A DNA stretch of 7,663 nucleotides, taken from assembly GCA_022560555.1 (NCBI GenBank), contig JADFSZ010000084.1:1-7663 (forward strand). Reading direction: 5' to 3'. Below the pieces are notes generated by a model that saw nothing but the letters and a program-made list of their open reading frames with translations, ran no database searches and was not told the DNA's origin. The DNA comes from PVC group bacterium (GTDB lineage: Bacteria; GCA-001730085; JADFSZ01). The stretch's first letter is position 1; every line of letters starts with the position of its first letter. The translations under genes were made by a program, and so were the position numbers. Below, piece after piece: positions 5,521 to 7,663 of this stretch.

Positions 5521-7183
5521 AGCTGATTTCCTCAATAGTTTTAAATTGTTTCTGAAAATCAAAGTCGCTTGTTAGCTGCATCATCTTGAATTGGCCGTCC
5601 GGAGTACCCGAAGCAACTTTGTTTTTGCGGTACTTTTCCATTTCGCCCTGGGCGAGGATTTTTAAGACAGGAGCTCCGAGTCTTAATGATTTTCGCTTGC
5701 TCTCGTACTCGATATTTTGAATACTCAGTCTTTCATCGATAGACTTTATGATGTTCATCTTTGCTTCCCGGCTGGTAGAGTCAGGTAAAGATTCGATCAA
5801 AAAACTGTATCGTGGAGGGTCGCTTGGATCAGCTACGGCCGAAACAAAAGTAAAATCAATATCCATATCCTGCATAGTTTCGCGAACGCTTTCAATGACC
5901 TGGTTTTCATAAAGCTTCTCTCCTGTAAGAGAGCTTACCCCTTTTCCTTTTTGAATGAATGATATTAACGGCGCGTCATAAAAAAATCCATCCACTCGTA
6001 TGATATCATTCATTTCGTAGCGGTAAAGCCCGGCGGAGGTGGTCATAAAAACGAAGTATTGCTCATCTTTTTCAAGTTCATGTGCTCGATAAACAGTCGG
6101 GTCGTCTTTTTCGATATCATCCAAGCGAATAAATTCGTAAAAATTTGTTTGAATCGTCAGCACTCCGGAAGAGGAATTGTCCTCTAACGGTAATGATCCG
6201 CGAAGCTCGCTCGCAAGATATCCCCAGTCCCGAATAGGAGTTGATTCGGGAAAATAGGCTCGCAGACCTTTTAAAAATATTTTGACGCTTCCTCCTGTCC
6301 AGCAGCCGATCAAGGCCATGTTGGGCCAGACGTCCTTTGGCAGTAAACTGTTATTTTGTTCGGAGAAATTTTGCAGCTCGGACGCTCGCTTAGGATTAGG
6401 TGTTAATCCGCGTGCGATGATCTTTCTTATCGCGTCATCAATAATAAGATCTTTTTTGAGAGTTCCATCTTGGATATCACGGATAATATCTTTTTTAAAA
6501 ATATCCATTTTTCTTGCCAAAAGGAGGATCGTACTTGGATTGCATGATCCGAGGAAAGTGACATCATGTTCTACGGACAATCTCAATAGAGTGTAATACT
6601 TTGAATCATAGTCTTTAATCAGAAAAACTTCATAGGGAGCCACATAGAGTTTCCGCATTGCATTCGGGATGTTTCGATAAGCGTGTCCGGACTCGGCTCC
6701 GCACGGTATGCCGCCTTTAGTGTAGCTTTCGATTTCCGGGCTAACAAGTGTAAAAAACTTTCCTTCGAACATTCGGGGATGATCTTTGGACGCTTTGTAC
6801 AGCCAGAGCCGCATAACGGCTGCTTTGTCATTGCGTGAAGTTTTGTTCATCGGAATGTATTTTGGGGTTCCTGTCGTGCCGCTTGTTGTTGCGAAGAGTA
6901 CGGGGTCTTCACATGTGAGAATGTTTTTGGCCCCGAGGGTTAATTGATTAATGTATTTGGAAATGTCATCATAGCTCTGACGGGGGACATGCGCCTGGAA
7001 ATCGGAAACTGAATGGATCGTCTCAAAGTCATGCTCATTGCCGAACGCACATGTCTGATTATCGCGGATTATCTTTAAAAGAACGTTTTTTTGCGTCTCT
7101 TCAACCGCGCGAGAGGCTGCTTCGAATTCAGACATCCCCTTTTTGCCAAGGATGTCTAAAACGTATTTGGCTATGGTAGGCAT
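5498..7183 (-). CDS. GH3-family (auxin-responsive GH3-like) acyl-acid amido synthetase, ANL-superfamily adenylating enzyme
   Basis: 561-aa ATG ORF. The phosphate-binding motif is FATTSGTTGTPKYIP (TTSGTTGTPK = aa 99-108 at 6860-6889). GYLASE corresponds to the plant YASSE motif, and LYRYEMNDIIRV to the YRxGD motif. Length and motif order are typical of GH3 proteins. Confidence 0.88.
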   Translation of the reverse strand: MPTIAKYVLDILGKKGMSEFEAASRAVEETQKNVLLKIIRDNQTCAFGNEHDFETIHSVSDFQAHVPRQSYDDISKYINQLTLGAKNILTCEDPVLFATTSGTTGTPKYIPMNKTSRNDKAAVMRLWLYKASKDHPRMFEGKFFTLVSPEIESYTKGGIPCGAESGHAYRNIPNAMRKLYVAPYEVFLIKDYDSKYYTLLRLSVEHDVTFLGSCNPSTILLLARKMDIFKKDIIRDIQDGTLKKDLIIDDAIRKIIARGLTPNPKRASELQNFSEQNNSLLPKDVWPNMALIGCWTGGSVKIFLKGLRAYFPESTPIRDWGYLASELRGSLPLEDNSSSGVLTIQTNFYEFIRLDDIEKDDPTVYRAHELEKDEQYFVFMTTSAGLYRYEMNDIIRVDGFFYDAPLISFIQKGKGVSSLTGEKLYENQVIESVRETMQDMDIDFTFVSAVADPSDPPRYSFLIESLPDSTSREAKMNIIKSIDERLSIQNIEYESKRKSLRLGAPVLKILAQGEMEKYRKNKVASGTPDGQFKMMQLTSDFDFQKQFKTIEEISCDSVEGK

Positions 7184-7341
7184 TTTAAAGTTCGGAAATC
7201 AAAAGCACAAATCCAAATCAGCACTTTCAATTTATGAGTGTTATATTCGATAGTCTATATGCTGTTGTAAGGCTATTAAAATGAGGATTTTAACAGAAAA
7301 GAAGGGGAAGTCAATCGCTAGTGCATATCGATAGAATTGGA

Positions 7342-7370
7342 TTGACAGGTTATAGGTCGGCATATATAAT
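7342..7370 (+). promoter_or_regulatory. Consensus sigma70-type promoter for the tRNA-Leu/tRNA-Gly transcription unit
   Basis: TTGACA at 7342-7347, a 17-nt spacer, then TATAAT at 7365-7370. Both hexamers are perfect consensus at optimal spacing. The -10 element ends 37 nt upstream of the tRNA-Leu 5' end. Confidence 0.6.
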
Positions 7371-7407
7371 TCTATTTCTTTTATATATAACGATTTACGC
7401 TGTATAG

Positions 7408-7489
7408 GCGAGAGTGGCGGAATTGGCAGACGCGCTAGATTTAGGATCTAGTGTCCTCGGACGTGGGGGTTCAAGTCCCTTCTCTCGCA
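7408..7489 (+). tRNA. tRNA-Leu, anticodon UAG (type II, long variable arm)
   Basis: Folded by hand. The acceptor stem GCGAGAG (7408-7414) pairs perfectly with CTCTCGC (7482-7488), and the discriminator is A7489. The anticodon stem is CTAGA/TCTAG, and the loop TTTAGGA has TAG at 7442-7444, U33 and G37. The variable arm lies at 7452-7464. The T arm is GGGGG-TTCAAGT-CCCTT. No CCA is encoded. Confidence 0.93.
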
Positions 7490-7603
7490 TCTAAAAACGG
7501 TACATTATAAATGGTATTAGTAAATGGCCTAAAGTCTTTAGAACACCCTTTCTTTTATCTTGGCTATTTACGATTTACTATTTACGAATAACGGTTCCTT
7601 AAA

Positions 7604-7663
7604 GCGGGAGTAGCTCAGTGGTAGAGCTTCACGTTGCCAACGTGAAGGTCGAGGGTTCGAACC
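7604..7663 (+). tRNA. tRNA-Gly, anticodon GCC (3' end truncated by the window edge)
   Basis: Acceptor 5' strand GCGGGAG (7604-7610). D arm GCTC-AGTGGTA-GAGC. Anticodon stem TCACG/CGTGA, with loop TTGCCAA carrying GCC at 7636-7638. Variable loop AGGTC. The T stem GAGGG and TTCGAA loop begin before the window ends. Confidence 0.9.

Noticed and set aside
1135-6831. Other antisense or internal ORFs from the track (1135-1320 -, 2567-2812 +, 3865-4143 +, 5239-5487 +, 6282-6596 +, 6619-6831 -).
   Set aside because: Each lies entirely inside a longer ORF that has clear family motifs on the opposite strand or in another frame. None shows recognisable motifs.
7184-7341. A promoter for the GH3 cassette on the minus strand, and a 17-codon ORF on the + strand (ATG 7281 to TAG 7334).
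   Set aside because: The best minus-strand -10 candidate (TATAAC, 7244-7239) has a poor -35 (ACAACA), so I cannot place the promoter with confidence. The mini-ORF has no SD and no conservation evidence.
7529-7541. The small palindrome CTAAAG-T-CTTTAG and the TAAATGG duplicate (7508-7514 and 7521-7527) between the two tRNAs.
   Set aside because: They are too short, and the loop is too small for a hairpin. Such matches are expected by chance in AT-rich spacer DNA.
1-7663. A scan for CRISPR arrays, IS elements or transposase/integrase genes, rRNA, and long terminal inverted repeats.
   Set aside because: No regularly spaced repeat-spacer array was seen, no ORF has transposase or integrase motifs, and there are no rRNA-like segments. 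The only repeats are those reported at 1-208, 706-734 and in the tRNA leaders.

Overview
Bacterial window of 7.66 kb. All homology calls rest on motifs read by eye; no searches were run. The lineage is probably PVC-type or a related uncultured group, given a Minf_1886-family gene, a bacterial GH3 gene and about 40-45% GC over most of the window. Left to right: (i) A C-rich segment of about 57% GC (1 to ~735) holds a repeat- and palindrome-rich leader and a 168-aa zinc-ribbon, two-TM membrane protein gene whose codon usage differs from every other gene here. (ii) thiL on the + strand. (iii) Four minus-strand genes are packed with junctions of -23/-65, +1 and -1 nt: a GH3-family adenylating amido-synthetase, a Minf_1886-family protein, a 684-aa cyclic-nucleotide-binding / degenerate MinD-ParA-like / NTE-RssA-type patatin lipase, and a class-III PLP aminotransferase. 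(iv) An AT-rich intergenic region carries a perfect-consensus sigma70 promoter in front of tRNA-Leu(UAG), followed by tRNA-Gly(GCC), which the window edge truncates. No CRISPR array, transposase, integrase or rRNA is visible. The best candidate for an undescribed system is the four-gene GH3/Minf_1886/sensor-lipase/aminotransferase cassette, in particular the three-domain lipase, which has a non-canonical ligand pocket and an apparently dead P-loop domain. The second point of interest is the sharp compositional break at ~715-735, marked by three CTCTGTG units at 9-bp spacing, together with the structured repeats at 1-208.
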